Below are positions 51,414 to 62,854 of a DNA stretch of 64,000 bases, piece after piece. A model generated the notes under the pieces. The model made no database searches and was not told the origin of the DNA. It was given only the letters and a program-made list of their open reading frames with translations. Where the stretch lies: NCBI GenBank assembly GCA_964016885.1, contig OZ024742.1, positions 57,908,001 to 57,972,000 of the forward strand. The letters are read 5' to 3'. Within the stretch, counting starts at the first letter, position 1; the number at the start of each line of letters is the position of its first letter. Both the position numbers and the translations under genes were made by a program. This DNA is from Eledone cirrhosa (lineage: Eukaryota).

Positions 51414-54400
51414 CATAGATAACCTAGCATGGAAAATGGACATTAAACGATGATGATGATGATGAAACAATGAGATAGATGTAGAAACGATGTCTTCATA
51501 AAGTTCTCTATGCGAATATAAATGAAGGGGGAGGAGGTAAATTACCTGCCGTCCTTTACAGTAAGCAAATGAGCGGATTTTCTCAGCGGAGCCACATCTT
51601 TTGATACATTCTGGTGAAATATGGGAGTAGCGGGGAGGCAATGCATTGTACATGTCTGTATTCTGTTCCTTAATCTTCCATATAGCAATTGTACTGTCTT
51701 TGGAACCTGTACGAAGTAGTAGAATAAAAAAATAAAATAAATATTCAAATAAACAATAAACTGCATGTATGTATGGACCTGAACTCCTGATGGAGTTGTC
51801 GGGGTGCATGTCTTGAGTACTTTAAACTTAGCAGAGCCCATCCCTGCTCCATGCATGCAATACCTGAGCCGAGAGTCCGCTGTGTGAAGGATTTGGTACA
51901 ACCAACTCGCCTGTCTCTCCACATAGTGGTGCCATTCAGCACTAGGCTCCCAAACTGTGGTTCCACACCTGTTCCTCCTCACAGCAATGTCATCCAGTAC
52001 CGAGCCCCAAAACTACGGTTACGTTGTGAGATGGGTTTGGCGCAGCCAACTGGCCTGTTCCTCCTTGTAGCAGTGCCATCCAGTACCAGGCCTAGCTATG
52101 CTGTGAGATGGGTTCAGAGCAACCAACTGGCTTGTCCCTCTTCATAATGGTGCCATCTAGTTCCACACTGTAAATGTGGATGGTGTTAGGAATGGTATCC
52201 AGCTGTAAAATTTGTGACCAAATTTAAAGTCCTTGTTGGGACAAGATACAGTGTGGCCAACTCTGGCTAGACTTGTCTGCCAACTAAGACAACCCCTCTA
52301 ACCCATGCAAGCATGGAAAAATGGATGCTAAATGGTGATAATGGTGATAATGATGACACACACACACACACACAATATAGAAATGGCGTCTACAGGACTA
52401 GAACTATTTCATTCAGGAGAAATCATCAGGAAGCCAACTGTCGAAGTAATATGGTGGTATTTATACATTTTCTGGAGGTAGGAGAGGGTGGTGATTGGGA
52501 TGGGTGGAGGTCATTGGTTCATGGATTTCAAGAAAAGGGAACTCTTTAAAAACTATATTTAGAGTAACAAAACGAGAAAAAAATTCAAGCTAAATACCTA
52601 AAAACAAATCCCACTGGGGGGGCAATCCTGATTATAAGGTTCGTTTATTTCAAGCAAAGAATGGCTATTCACTCAGTGCTCCTGTGGGAGTCCCTACATG
52701 GACACACTGGAAGAGGAAGACCAAGGTTAACGTATGTTGATGCCCTAAGGACAGACACTGGTCTGTTGGAGACGCAAGACATGGCAGCGATAATGAAGGA
52801 CAGAGACCTCTGGAGAGAACTCGTCCATGGATCTCGGGAATTTTATCCGCCCTAGAATCCATACATATATATATACATACATATATATACTCATACATAT
52901 ATATATATACATATGCATACACACATATATATACATATGCATACACACATATATATACATATGCATACACACACATATATATACATATGCATACACACAT
53001 ACATATATGCATATGCATATAGAAATATATATATATACATATGCATATACAAATATATATATACATATACATATACAAATATATATATACATATGCATAT
53101 ATACACATACATATAGAAATATTATATAGAAATAATATTGATTACGCTGAGATGCAACCGGTCCTAGCATTGATACCTATGCTGGATCCGTCAAATTCTT
53201 ATTATACACACACACACACATATATAGATATATAGCACTATGGGGAACTTTTTTTATTCCATCTAGAGTACATATTTTTCTTTGAAATATGTACTCTGTA
53301 TATATACAATATATTCTGTTTTCTTACGGATACATGGTCCTTTCTTTCTCTCTCTATATATACATATATCTTTTATACTTGAATTATTAAGGCTCTGGGA
53401 AACGTCTATTGAGCTGGTTTATTGAGAAGCACAAAAATCAAACATTTGTTGTTTTGATTTTTCACAGAGAGAGGTGGGGGGGGGGGGGGGTTTATACATA
53501 TATCAGAATAATTTATTCATACCAACAGTTTCATATTAACAGTTTCCTGTTTGTCTATGGCATTATGAAGATCTTCACAATACCTTAGGTCTAGTCCACA
53601 TTCTATGTAGGTAATCAACACAACATTAGTGACACCACTTCAAAATTACTGGCCAGACCTGTATGTCTGTGCTGAAAATATTCCATCATTATGTATATTG
53701 TACCTGCTTCTCTTTCTGGCATACTCCTACTCCACCTTTTAACACACATGCACATACACCCATACACACTACACACACATTAAATAACAAACCAAATCAA
53801 TACATACTACTACAGACAAAAAAAACCCTCGTCAATATCTTTTATTATTTCTCATGTTAGATAACTGATGAATGACTCATAAATATACATTTGTTGTATT
53901 GACTGCATCAGCTGTCCAACAACAAACAATAGGATGACAAGTCCATTTCATATAGGGGGGGGGGGGGGTGAGAGGGATGACAGCATACTACTAAAACAAA
54001 TTAAGATAGGGGTAGACAAAACAATGACTTGTCCCCCACCAGTTATATTTCATCTCTTGTGGTTTCATTTTAAGATGGAACAGATTCATTGTAACAATTC
54101 CTTCTAACATTGGCACAAGGCCAGACATTTAGGGGCAGAGGAAGTCAATTTGTCAACCCCAGTAGTTAAGTGATACTTTATTCTATCTGGCTTAGAAAGG
54201 TGAAAGACAAAGTTGACTTTGGTGGTATTTCAACTCAGAATGCTAAAAAGTTGTAAGTAAATACCACAAAGTTTTTGTCCAAGGTACTTTTATGGAGCAC
54301 CAGCCGATGCCTATGCATGCCAGTCTCCTCTCTCCTTTACTCCAGTATTGTCCAAGGGAAAGGTAAAGGCTGATAGAGCTTGGCACCAGTGCCGTTGCAA

Positions 54401-57400
54401 CAATGAAGGAGTATATAGAGATAATACTAAAGGGGAAGAGAATGAAGTGAAAATGTTGATGACAAAGATTGGTTGTTTAACGTTTTCATCATATCATCAT
54501 CATCATTTTATGTCTGCTTTCCAAGTTGGCATGGCTTGGACAAGTCATCATTGTCTGAGACAAGAATTGCTCATATGTTCCATATTTGGGTTTGTTTCTT
54601 CAATTGGATGCACTTCCTAATGTCAACCACTTTACAGGGTATACTGAGTGCACTTTATCATGCCACCAGTACTACCACTTTACAGAGTGTACTGGATGCA
54701 TTTTACTGTGATCCCAACATTAACTCTTTACAAAGTATACTGTGTGTATTTTATTGTGTCACCAGCATTAGCGATATTGCCATGTATTTGGCACGACTGA
54801 AGAGTCCTCTCTACCACTACTCATAATTTTTAATAAGTTTTGAAAGTAATCAAGAATTATGAGAAATTTAATAAAATATCTTTTTCAATTCTAAGCTGGT
54901 GTTTCAAACATAACAAATTTTTCTTACATAAAATCATGATAGGTGTTCTATCATATAACCTGCAGTAGTGGTCTCAGTAAATATCAAATAATTCAGTTGG
55001 TTTTTTTAAACAAATGTTAATAAAAGATTATTTTTTAAAAGCTAATAGCTTTGTATCATAGAACAAGGGTGGTTTCAGGCAGTTTGATATGAAAAGAGTT
55101 ACAACTTTCACCAACAAGAGGCAGGAGAGAAAAAATGAAGAGCTGGTGAACTATTTAATGTTATGAAAATTTGTTATATTTTGAACATCATTGCCCACAC
55201 CCTCCACTAGCTATTTTCAATAACCCTACAATAATTTTAAGTTACATAATATTTTTTTTACATTAAAACCCAAAAGGAAATTGATGAAAATTTTCAAAGT
55301 AGCAATGACTCCACAAAATAAATATCTGCTATATATTTTGTCTGTGAAACAGCAACAATAGCTAATGAAACTATTTTACTTATAACAACATATCCCGCTT
55401 ATCACCTCTAGATACAACATTGCTTACTCTGTCAGCTTCAAAGAGATTATAACTAAATTAAAAAACACAAAGAGAGGTGGTCAAAGCTAATCTCTTGAAA
55501 ATCAACCTCACAAAGAAGATGATAAAGGAGAGAAACATGTGGAGAGATGTACTGGAGAAGATACATATAACCCATGCAGGCATGAAAAAAAAACATGTAA
55601 AATCAATGATGAAAAAGTCTAAAATCTTTCTCAAACCCAGAAGCTCTTTAGGCCAAAGCTGATCCCGGTTTCCTTGGCATTAAGTGACTGAGAAAAGAAG
55701 ACTCCTTCCCTGCACAGGATGCTAGCCCATCACAGTGTTAACCCCCAGCTACTGCTGATACTCATTTTCAGTTGAGTGTACTGGAGTAATGTAAAATGAA
55801 GTGTTTTGCTGAAGAACACAACACACAATCCAATCCAGGAATCAAACCCAACCACTAGGCGACATGGCGTCACACAATGATTGTAATACCTATTTGTTAT
55901 ATCAGCACAGGACTAGAATCTGAGAGAGAAGAACAGAATGCTGTGATGTTTATGCTGCATCAATATAACATTGAGATGTTGAGGGAGCTTCTATAAGGTT
56001 GCTCAACCATTAATTTCTTTTTTCACTGTTTAATCAGGTGGGGAAGGGCAGTGACCATGACACTTTGCAGATCCTCTGAAATGAGAAAGAGAGAGGGGAA
56101 AGAAGGAAGGAAGGCATACTCAAAGTGGAGACATGGACCAAATGCTTGTAACAGAGTAGACCCTGCTAAAGGCACCTCCAGGCTATGTGGATATGCAAGA
56201 GATAGCAGCCAAATACTCCTTAAATTATACCTAGTCTTGAAAAGGGGAAAGACACATTGGATAATGTAGACCTAGATATGCAATACCTAAATGAAGGATG
56301 TGAAGGTCATGACTGAGATGCCTTTGGCAATAAATTTGACAACATGAACACCACTACCAACAACAACAAAACAACAATGACAACAGTGTTTTACTAACCT
56401 GTTACAATTGTATCATCAGTCAACCATGTCATATCATAAATCCAATCTTTGTGAGCCAGCTGAGAACAACAAAAGAAAAACAAAAACAATTTAGCAAAAT
56501 TTTAAATAGTAAATAAGTGAGCAATAATATCTGCATACATGGGCCTGACTTTTTTATCCACCAATGCTTCCCACTTTATCCTGTAGGTCACCCTGAACCT
56601 GCTAGTGTTGTGGGCTTCTTTGGCTTTAGTTAGTCTCAAGTTGCGGATAACTAGATGGTGATCAGTTGACAGCTCAGTCCTTCTCTTAAACATGAACATC
56701 CAATACAGAATCAAAAAGATCAGAGACAAGAATAAAATCAATTATTGATCTTTGTCTCTGTGCTGGAAGAAGGTGTTCATAATAGTGAGTCCATTGCTAG
56801 AACAGAAGTCTAGTAAGGCCTCTCCATTCGTATTTAGATCGGGGGCGCCATTCCTTCCAATCACTCCTTTCCATGTCATTTGGTCAGTGCAAACATGTGC
56901 ATTGAAGTCTTCCATCAGGATATATGACTCAGTCTTAACTACATCTAACACTGCAGTGACTTCATTGAGGAAGGACCTTGTTTGCTGCATAAATTTGGAT
57001 TCTGACCTCAGATCAGCAAATAAAGTGATCTGGCAGACCATCTGCCGATTTTGTAATAAGCCCTCCTTCACACCTGCTATCAAGAACGCGTCTGGGGTTC
57101 TCTCTTCAGAGAGGTGGATCCTTGCGAGGTGGAGAGAATACTTTGCTGATCTCCTAAACCTGATCACAACAGCCTCTTCTGATGTACACAAAGTGCATCT
57201 GGCAGTGATGAGTAATCTCCTAGAGGCTGAGGTCACAAGAGCAATTAAAGAGCTCAAATATGGCAAGGCCACTATTCGACCTAAGATATTAAAAGCTTTA
57301 AATAAAGAAGGTATTCTTTGGCTGATTCATGTGCCAGGTGGTCTGGATCTTTGGAAAGGTACCTAAACAATGGCAACCAGGACTGATACACCCAATTTTC

Positions 57401-59033
57401 TAAAAGGGAGACAAGAGAGATTGTTCCAATTACAGAGGGATCTCCTTGTTAAGCCTCCCCAGTAAAGTCTATGCTAAGTTTCTGGCAAAGAAATGCAGGA
57501 GATTGTCGAGATTAAGCTAGCTGATGAACAGTGTGGTTTTCACCCTCAATGCAGCACAGCTGACCAAATATTCACACTGCAGCAGGTCTTCAAGAAATTG
57601 CGTAAGTATTGCCAAGCGGTATATTCTTGTTTTGCCGACTTTGAAAAGGCATATGACCGTGTTCCTTGGGACCTGCTGTGGAAGGTTCTGCAGGAGTAAG
57701 GGATCGATGGTCAGCTTCTGCTGCCCTGATATCTCTATACAAATGCCCAAGTATTGGTGCTACATCGAAAACATTAAGTGTGGGAATCGGACTCCGCCAA
57801 TGGTGCATACTGTCACCTCTCCTGTTCATTATTTACATGAACAGGATTTACATGAGCAGTCGGGTTGGAAGTGGTGTCATGACTGACAATGTTGTACAAA
57901 GAAAGATAAATAAAATATGATGAAAATTATTGTTTTTATATCTTTTCCCATGCTAGTATGTGTTGGATGAGATTTTTTTGATGCAGTGTTTTAGGACCAG
58001 ATGCCCTTCCTGATGCCAACACATGCATTTTTTTAAAGTAATGGAAAGTCATGGTCAAACCACCACCCTTTAAATATAATAATATGATATCTATAATAAT
58101 TATTTCTAGCATTGGCACAAGGCTGCAAAGCATTTTATCCAACACTTTAATGGTTCTGCCTTCATGCTGTTTCTGATTTCACCAAAACATAGGTATTTCT
58201 TTTTTTGTTGGGGAGAGGGCATTTCATCAACTCCATTACTTCACTGGTACTTTAATTTGTTGACCCCGGAAGGATGAAAGGTAAAGTTAAACTCAGCAAG
58301 ATTTGGACACAGAATGGTAAAGAATTTCAACTAAATGCTGCAATGTACATTGCACGATGCTCTCACCAATCTGCCAATCCACCACTCATTAACATTAATA
58401 ATAAAATACCTATAACAATAATAATTATTGTTTCTACTTTAGGAACAAGGCCAGCAATTTGAAGGGAAAGAGTTAGTTGATTAAATTGACCCCAGTCCAT
58501 TACTGATACTTCATTTTATGGACCCTGCAAGGATGAAAGGCAAAACTAACCTCGGTGGGATTTGAACTCAGAACAAATACTGCAAAGTATTTTTTCTTAC
58601 GCTCTAACTATTCTGCCAATTCTCCACTATTTAACAACAACAATAATAATAAGATACTCACTTCTCCCACACAAAGTGGATCAAACGTGGGCAACTTGTA
58701 TATAGCAAGGTCGTTGGTCGTCTCAGCACCAGTGGCTAAATATGTCCGTGAGGGGTTGATCTCGATACTGTGGATACCGCAGGGGTCAGGAGCAGCACAA
58801 GATGAGCTGCTCTTCAGTGATGGGATGTCAAACAACCGTCCAGTGACCACATCTAGTACAATTAACTGACAAAAAGGGAAGAAAGCTAAATATCATACAC
58901 AGTAGCTACCGAGTTTCATTTGATGCCTGGATGGCAGTCACAGCACCCCTGCTTAAGAGAAATATATATATATATATATATACATACATATAAACATATA
59001 TATATATAAACACACACATATATATATATATAA

Positions 59034-59066
<33 letters not shown>

Positions 59067-59067
59067 A

Positions 59068-59119
<52 letters not shown>

Positions 59120-60390
59120 ACATATATATATATATAAACACATATATATATATATATAAACACACACATATATATATATATATATATGTTATATTTGGGG
59201 AGGGTCATATCGTTATAATATTGCCAGAAATAATAATAAAACACACTCACTGTTTGGTTTGGATTGGTTTTCGCTTCTGTATATTGTATATCCCTATAGT
59301 TGATTTAGCTGGCAATCAATGTTTATCATTGATTGACCAATGGTTAAAAATATAGATATAAATATATAGTCTATCAAAGTTCTTTCATCACACACCTGTG
59401 ACATCATCAGTGGTACTATTGCATATATATATATATATATAGTAAAGAATTAAACGATTTAAGAACCTTTATGTCATCTTAATTTGTTTTATATGTTCAG
59501 TGTTAAAAATATCACTTTTTTTCTTCTATTCTTAAGAGTCTCTCCCCTATATCTGTAAAGGCATAAACACATTGAGCTCAAATATTCTCACTCGATATTT
59601 CTCTTCAAGTAACTATGTGTATGTTTTGTTTTATATATAATTAAAAATATATTATAAATATACATATATATGTACATGTATATACATGTATATATATATG
59701 TGTGTGTATATATATGTATATGCATGTGTTTATGCATTTTTGGTACAACCATATAGTAACTTCCTACTTGTCACACACAAACATACACAACCAGCTTTTT
59801 ACGACCATTTCCTTATTAAAGCTTGAATTAGCCATGTGGGCCCCATGACAAGCTTCATACTCATCTTGGGATCCTTTCTGAGGCAATGTTTTATGGCAGG
59901 ATGTCTTTCCTGGCACCAACCCTTTTAGTCACCCCTTACAACATACAAGGATATGTACACCTATTTTAAACTAGATACACACAGCAACTTGTGTCAAAGA
60001 CATGACAACCTCACCAGTGCTGATGCCGTGATAAAATGTACACAGTAGAATGTGGGACCACATATAAGTGAAATGTGGAACTTTGGTTTGCCTGGGAGGT
60101 CTGTAGCCCTGCTACAGTACTGATTTGGTCTGTGAAGACCCGTCCAACCCTTGTTAGCAGGGACAGTGGACATTAAATGATGATATATAAATATTATATT
60201 GTATAAAATACATGGCAAAGTAGAACATACCTTCTGAGACACTCTTTCAGCTGAAGAATAATAAAAACAACTTGAGGAAACTGAGTATTTTAGAAGGGAA
60301 ACGCTAGTTTGCCATGTATTTTATACAATATAGTATATTTACCTCTATGATTACATATTGAGGGCTCTTTTTTAGTGAATACAACCATAC

Positions 60391-60452
<62 letters not shown>

Positions 60453-61760
60453 TGTGTGTGTGTGTGTGTGTGCGCGCACATACATATGCATATCTATACA
60501 AACTAGATTTTCCAATCAAACACATATACATACACACACTCTCACAAAGGGACCAATTATAACTACACTGCAAGGAATTTTAATAGAGACGGATGATAAT
60601 TATACTAACAAAAAGTAAAAGTAAATGAAAATAATAATTCTTTCTAACATTGGCACAAGGCCAGTAATTTGAAGGAAGAGGGAAAGTACTTAACCGGTAT
60701 GTATTTATTTTATCAACGCCAGAAATGTGAAAGGTAAAGTTGACCTCAGTGGCATTAACACAACATTATAGCACAAAGAATTTTGTCTGACATTTTTCTA
60801 ATAGTGGGATATACAGGAACATGACAAAATTATAACGAGGGTGATGATAATAATAATATATCTATCTCCACAGACAACAATATACCCATCAAGGAAATGG
60901 AGAAATTATCCAAATATAAAGATTTCGAGATAGAAATAACCCAAATGTGGATGATGAAAGCTGAAACAATCTCTATAATAACAGGTACTCTGGGAATGAT
61001 AAAAGAAACACACTGACAGATACAAAAACCCAGGATTTACAAACATATTCAGCATGCAGAAAATAGCCCTACTAGGCAGGCACTGCACACATATTACAAA
61101 GAGTACTCTCAATACAATAGAAACAGATGTTTCTCTCAGGTAAACATATTTCTTTAGCACATACCCAAGGCACACAGAGTTGTTTGGTAATGCAGTAACA
61201 ACACGCAATAAAAACAAATGTTTCTGAGACAAGTAGTTTAAAGCGAAGGGGAAAAAAATCAACCCAATACTTTACATGTTCTTTATAGACCTCGAAAGAA
61301 TGAAAGGCAAAATTGGCTTCAGCAGGATTTGAACACAGAATATAAAAAGCCGTAACATATAAAATGAAGCATTTGATTTGACACTATAATGACACTGCCA
61401 ATCCACCATTAGTATAATGATAATAATAAACAATAATAATAATGATGATAATGATATTAAAGAATCTCTTACTTTGTTACATTTTGTACCCATGACAACC
61501 AAATTCTTATCCAACCACTGAGATGCAAAAATCTTGTTGAAATATTCCAGGATAAACTCTTTCTCTTTGAACAACTGTGGCATGTTGAGGGCAGCTTGGC
61601 GTTTTGCTAGTTTACGAGCCCGATCATTGAATAACCCATATTGCCGGGCCCACGTATAGCTATATAAATACGGGGCCTTACTTAGATGTTTCTCTCGGGT
61701 AAACAGATATTTTTTCAGCACAGTATTTGAAGAAATCTTGGGCTTTTTCGGACTTTCCAT
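37692..61760 (-). CDS. DCAF12: DDB1- and CUL4-associated factor 12 (WD40 CRL4 substrate receptor); 8 coding exons, 1233 nt, 410 aa
   Basis: Exons 61473-61760, 58662-58865, 56399-56459, 51546-51706, 51017-51079, 50051-50210, 38777-38922 and 37692-37841 all have GT/AG ends and intron phases (0,0,1,0,0,1,0) that join into one frame. Motifs [52 protein letters not shown] and the C-terminus [15 protein letters not shown] match the DCAF12 family as I recall it. Confidence 0.93.
37885..38280 (+). mobile_element. Degenerate RTE-like LINE RT fragment
   Basis: LHLNMTKTE...[12 protein letters not shown]...[20 protein letters not shown]. Confidence 0.75.
38777..38922 (-). CDS. DCAF12: DCAF12 coding exon 7
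   Basis: (G)[26 protein letters not shown]...VGEGWT; AAG acceptor, GTAAG donor; 146 nt. Confidence 0.88.
39233..39546 (+). mobile_element. tRNA-derived SINE, same family as 3897-4240
   Basis: A and B boxes, near-identical body and (GAT)n tail. Confidence 0.85.
41040..41212. repeat. Degenerate minisatellite gatgttacagaccgtttcacaca
   Basis: About 5 variable-length copies. Confidence 0.7.
41460..42375 (-). mobile_element. Degenerate RTE LINE, RT C-terminal part
   Basis: [26 protein letters not shown] and GRRPRGR, with frameshifts. Confidence 0.85.
43620..45050 (-). mobile_element. Degenerate RTE LINE, APE endonuclease to RT N-terminus (probably the same insertion as 41460-42375)
   Basis: [33 protein letters not shown] and EQCGF. 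Confidence 0.85.
46197..48662 (+). CDS. RTE endonuclease-reverse transcriptase ORF (5'-truncated, no native start codon)
   Basis: The ORF-track frame 46590-48662 extends without stops to 46197 (translated by hand). Confidence 0.85.
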   Translation, partial: PDNHLITYRSGEHSSQLDFILIRGRDRWTVVNTKAFPSEECTSQHSLVVSDLTVRTRRALKQRPTWRRKIWKLKVPSTSNRFKDILLNAYDSKEEQIETFNVEENWEFLKNNLLEATDEVCGWSKTSSRRRVTWWWNNKVDEAVKAKRQAWKEWKNGGSRVHYIETKREARRQVYLARREAEDRKFKHVLQREDQKQEVFKIARQCVRDSCDVIGEKCIRNDKGELALTSAEKKDAWKSHYDRLLNEENAWEEETLPHVDPIEGPAVQVSGSVVSKAIRDMKIGKATGPSGIAAEMLKASGSVGHTITTRIVNQVILEGAIPKDWCSSIIVNCYKGKGDALDRGNYRGIKLMDQVMKVTERVIAQLIRDRVNIDEMQFGFVPGKGTTDALFLVRQLQEKYLAKSKPLYLAFVDLEKAFDRVPRAVIWWALRKLGVDEWLVKAVQAMYRGAVSKVRIGNEYSEEFSVQVGVHQGSVLSPLLFIIVLQAITEEFKTGCPWELLYADDLALIAESMVELENKFQTWKQGLERKGLKVNMTKTKVLISRRENRTQIPSGKWPCSVCRKGVGRNSILCPKCKQWVHKRCSGISGSLIKNVGFTCSSCAETASKQPQETSTTNLWEGPVETVDSFCYLGDRISNGGGCSESTITRVRTGWKKFRELLPLLAAKGFSLRMKGRLYDACIRTAMLHGSETWALKVEDLRRLERNEACMLRWMCNSNIRERQSINELRERLSIRGIKCCVQERRLRWYGHVMRMKDDSCIKRCRALEVDGNRGVGRPKMTWDEVIKADLTQLHLSKSMTHDRDFWRHAVIQGTRPPMGTC
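46197..48966 (+). mobile_element. Young 5'-truncated RTE-clade LINE in DCAF12 intron 6, antisense to the gene
   Basis: Open frame 46197-48662: APE end ([18 protein letters not shown]), then RT ([27 protein letters not shown]). 3' UTR with (GAT)n; 10-bp direct repeat aaccacctga at 46203 and 48971. Confidence 0.95.
49011..49299. repeat. ~61-bp inverted repeat pair (MITE-like or local inversion)
   Basis: 49011-49071 vs 49239-49299, one mismatch seen. Confidence 0.8.
50051..50210 (-). CDS. DCAF12: DCAF12 coding exon 6
   Basis: [17 protein letters not shown]...[15 protein letters not shown]...GSS-G; TAG acceptor, GTAAG donor; 160 nt. Confidence 0.88.
51017..51079 (-). CDS. DCAF12: DCAF12 coding exon 5
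   Basis: [21 protein letters not shown]; CAG acceptor, GTAATG donor; 63 nt. Confidence 0.85.
51308..51412. repeat. (AG)n microsatellite
   Basis: Directly visible. Confidence 0.95.
51546..51706 (-). CDS. DCAF12: DCAF12 coding exon 4
   Basis: (G)[11 protein letters not shown]...[14 protein letters not shown]; CAG acceptor, GTAAT donor; 161 nt. Confidence 0.9.
51880..52357 (+). mobile_element. SINE/RTE-tail element preceded by degenerate ~75-bp GC-rich tandem units
   Basis: tgtgagatggg..ccaactggc..gtgccatc recurs about 3-4 times, followed by the common cacactgtaaa..gttagg..(GAT)n tail. Confidence 0.55.
52661..52857 (+). mobile_element. RTE-like LINE 3' ORF fragment
   Basis: [29 protein letters not shown], followed by microsatellite. 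Confidence 0.7.
56399..56459 (-). CDS. DCAF12: DCAF12 coding exon 3 (not in the ORF track)
   Basis: [21 protein letters not shown], a WD40 segment; CAG acceptor, GTTAGT donor; 61 nt, phase 1 fits the next exon. Confidence 0.88.
56515..57885 (+). mobile_element. Degenerate RTE LINE with an inverted 5' segment
   Basis: APE part (EDFNAHV, NTFFQH, STDHHLV) on the minus strand at 56515-56975; linker and RT part ([28 protein letters not shown]) on the plus strand at 56990-57885. Confidence 0.85.
58662..58865 (-). CDS. DCAF12: DCAF12 coding exon 2
   Basis: LIVLDVVTG...[40 protein letters not shown]; CAG acceptor, GTGAG donor; 204 nt. Confidence 0.92.
60393..60472. repeat. (AG)n(TG)n compound microsatellite
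   Basis: Directly visible. Confidence 0.95.
60862..61120 (+). mobile_element. R4/Dong-type non-LTR retrotransposon C-terminal (restriction-like endonuclease) fragment
   Basis: [47 protein letters not shown], preceded by (TAA)n, the known Dong target repeat. Confidence 0.7.
61473..61760 (-). CDS. DCAF12: DCAF12 coding exon 1
   Basis: MESPKK...[22 protein letters not shown], followed by a GTAAG donor. An acceptor (T-tract..TAG at 61770-61771) just upstream of the ATG implies a further 5' UTR exon. Confidence 0.88.
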
Positions 61761-62073
61761 GATTGCCTTCTACATAAAAAAAAAAAATGTATTATATACA
61801 TATACATACACATATACGATATATATATATATATATATATAAAATCAAGAAGTGTAAGTGAACCGGTTAAAATTAACTTCGTTTATTCACATTTGCTGTT
61901 ATATATATTTCAATGACAACCATTATACAACAGCTATGACCTCATTAGACAGCTAGAATTTGAACTAAAAAAAAAACAGAAAAAGATAATGATGGAATAA
62001 AGTTTACGTATTTCAATTTTTCTATATGCTCAGTGCTGAAGTTTGGTGTCGTTTTCAGAAAGCTATCATCACA

Positions 62074-62097
62074 TTTATACATATATATAAAACTGAA

Positions 62098-62132
<35 letters not shown>

Positions 62133-62854
62133 TAATTTTGGCAAAGTCTATACAAATCCATATTTCTACTCCAATTGACTTCAAACTTGCATTTATATAT
62201 TCCTTGTGGTCTAAAGATATTAACAGCAGCTTTTATTTTTCAATTTTCTGTTGTTAAAGGCGTTTTTTTCACTAAAACTTTAAGCTCCTTTTGTTAGTTC
62301 GGCAATTTTGTCTACAATGTTCAAGAGAGAGATAACTCTTTAGTATTTCGAAAACGTTATCTCTCTTTATAGACTATATTATCCCTACTTAAACATACAT
62401 CCCTTGAAGTTGTTGATGGTGACCCCAATAGTAACTCCAAAGCGTTCGGCATCCGATATAACAGTTCGGTCTATATCAGATTGGGTAGATTTTTGTAACC
62501 TTAAAAGTATCCAACTAAATTCCTTCATGCTCTCCACCACTGCAGTCCCACATGCTTACTGCTCTGTAACTATTGCTTTCATTGTACCATAGCACAACAA
62601 ATACATGTTCAGTTTGTCGAATGCCTTTTTACTTAACCCTATCGTCTTGGCTTTCGTGGGTTGAACATTTTACTCTCAGGCACCCAATTAAGTTAAACCC
62701 CTGGTAATCTATGATGAATTTTTTTACAAGCACAAAATGTAGACACCATCCCCAGGCCAATATATTCCGTACTTCTCTGTACTGTTTCAGAAAGGAGGGA
62801 TAAACATGTCAATCTATGTTTAGAAGCCTGAGCAATGCTGGGCCATTCTGCTAG
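62074..62854 (+). mobile_element. Non-autonomous Helitron-like element
   Basis: 5' tatatataaaactgaa(TG)n..ccaattgacttcaaactt; 3' hairpin gcctgagc-aat-gctgggc (62826-62843), then CTAG|T. Confidence 0.6.
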
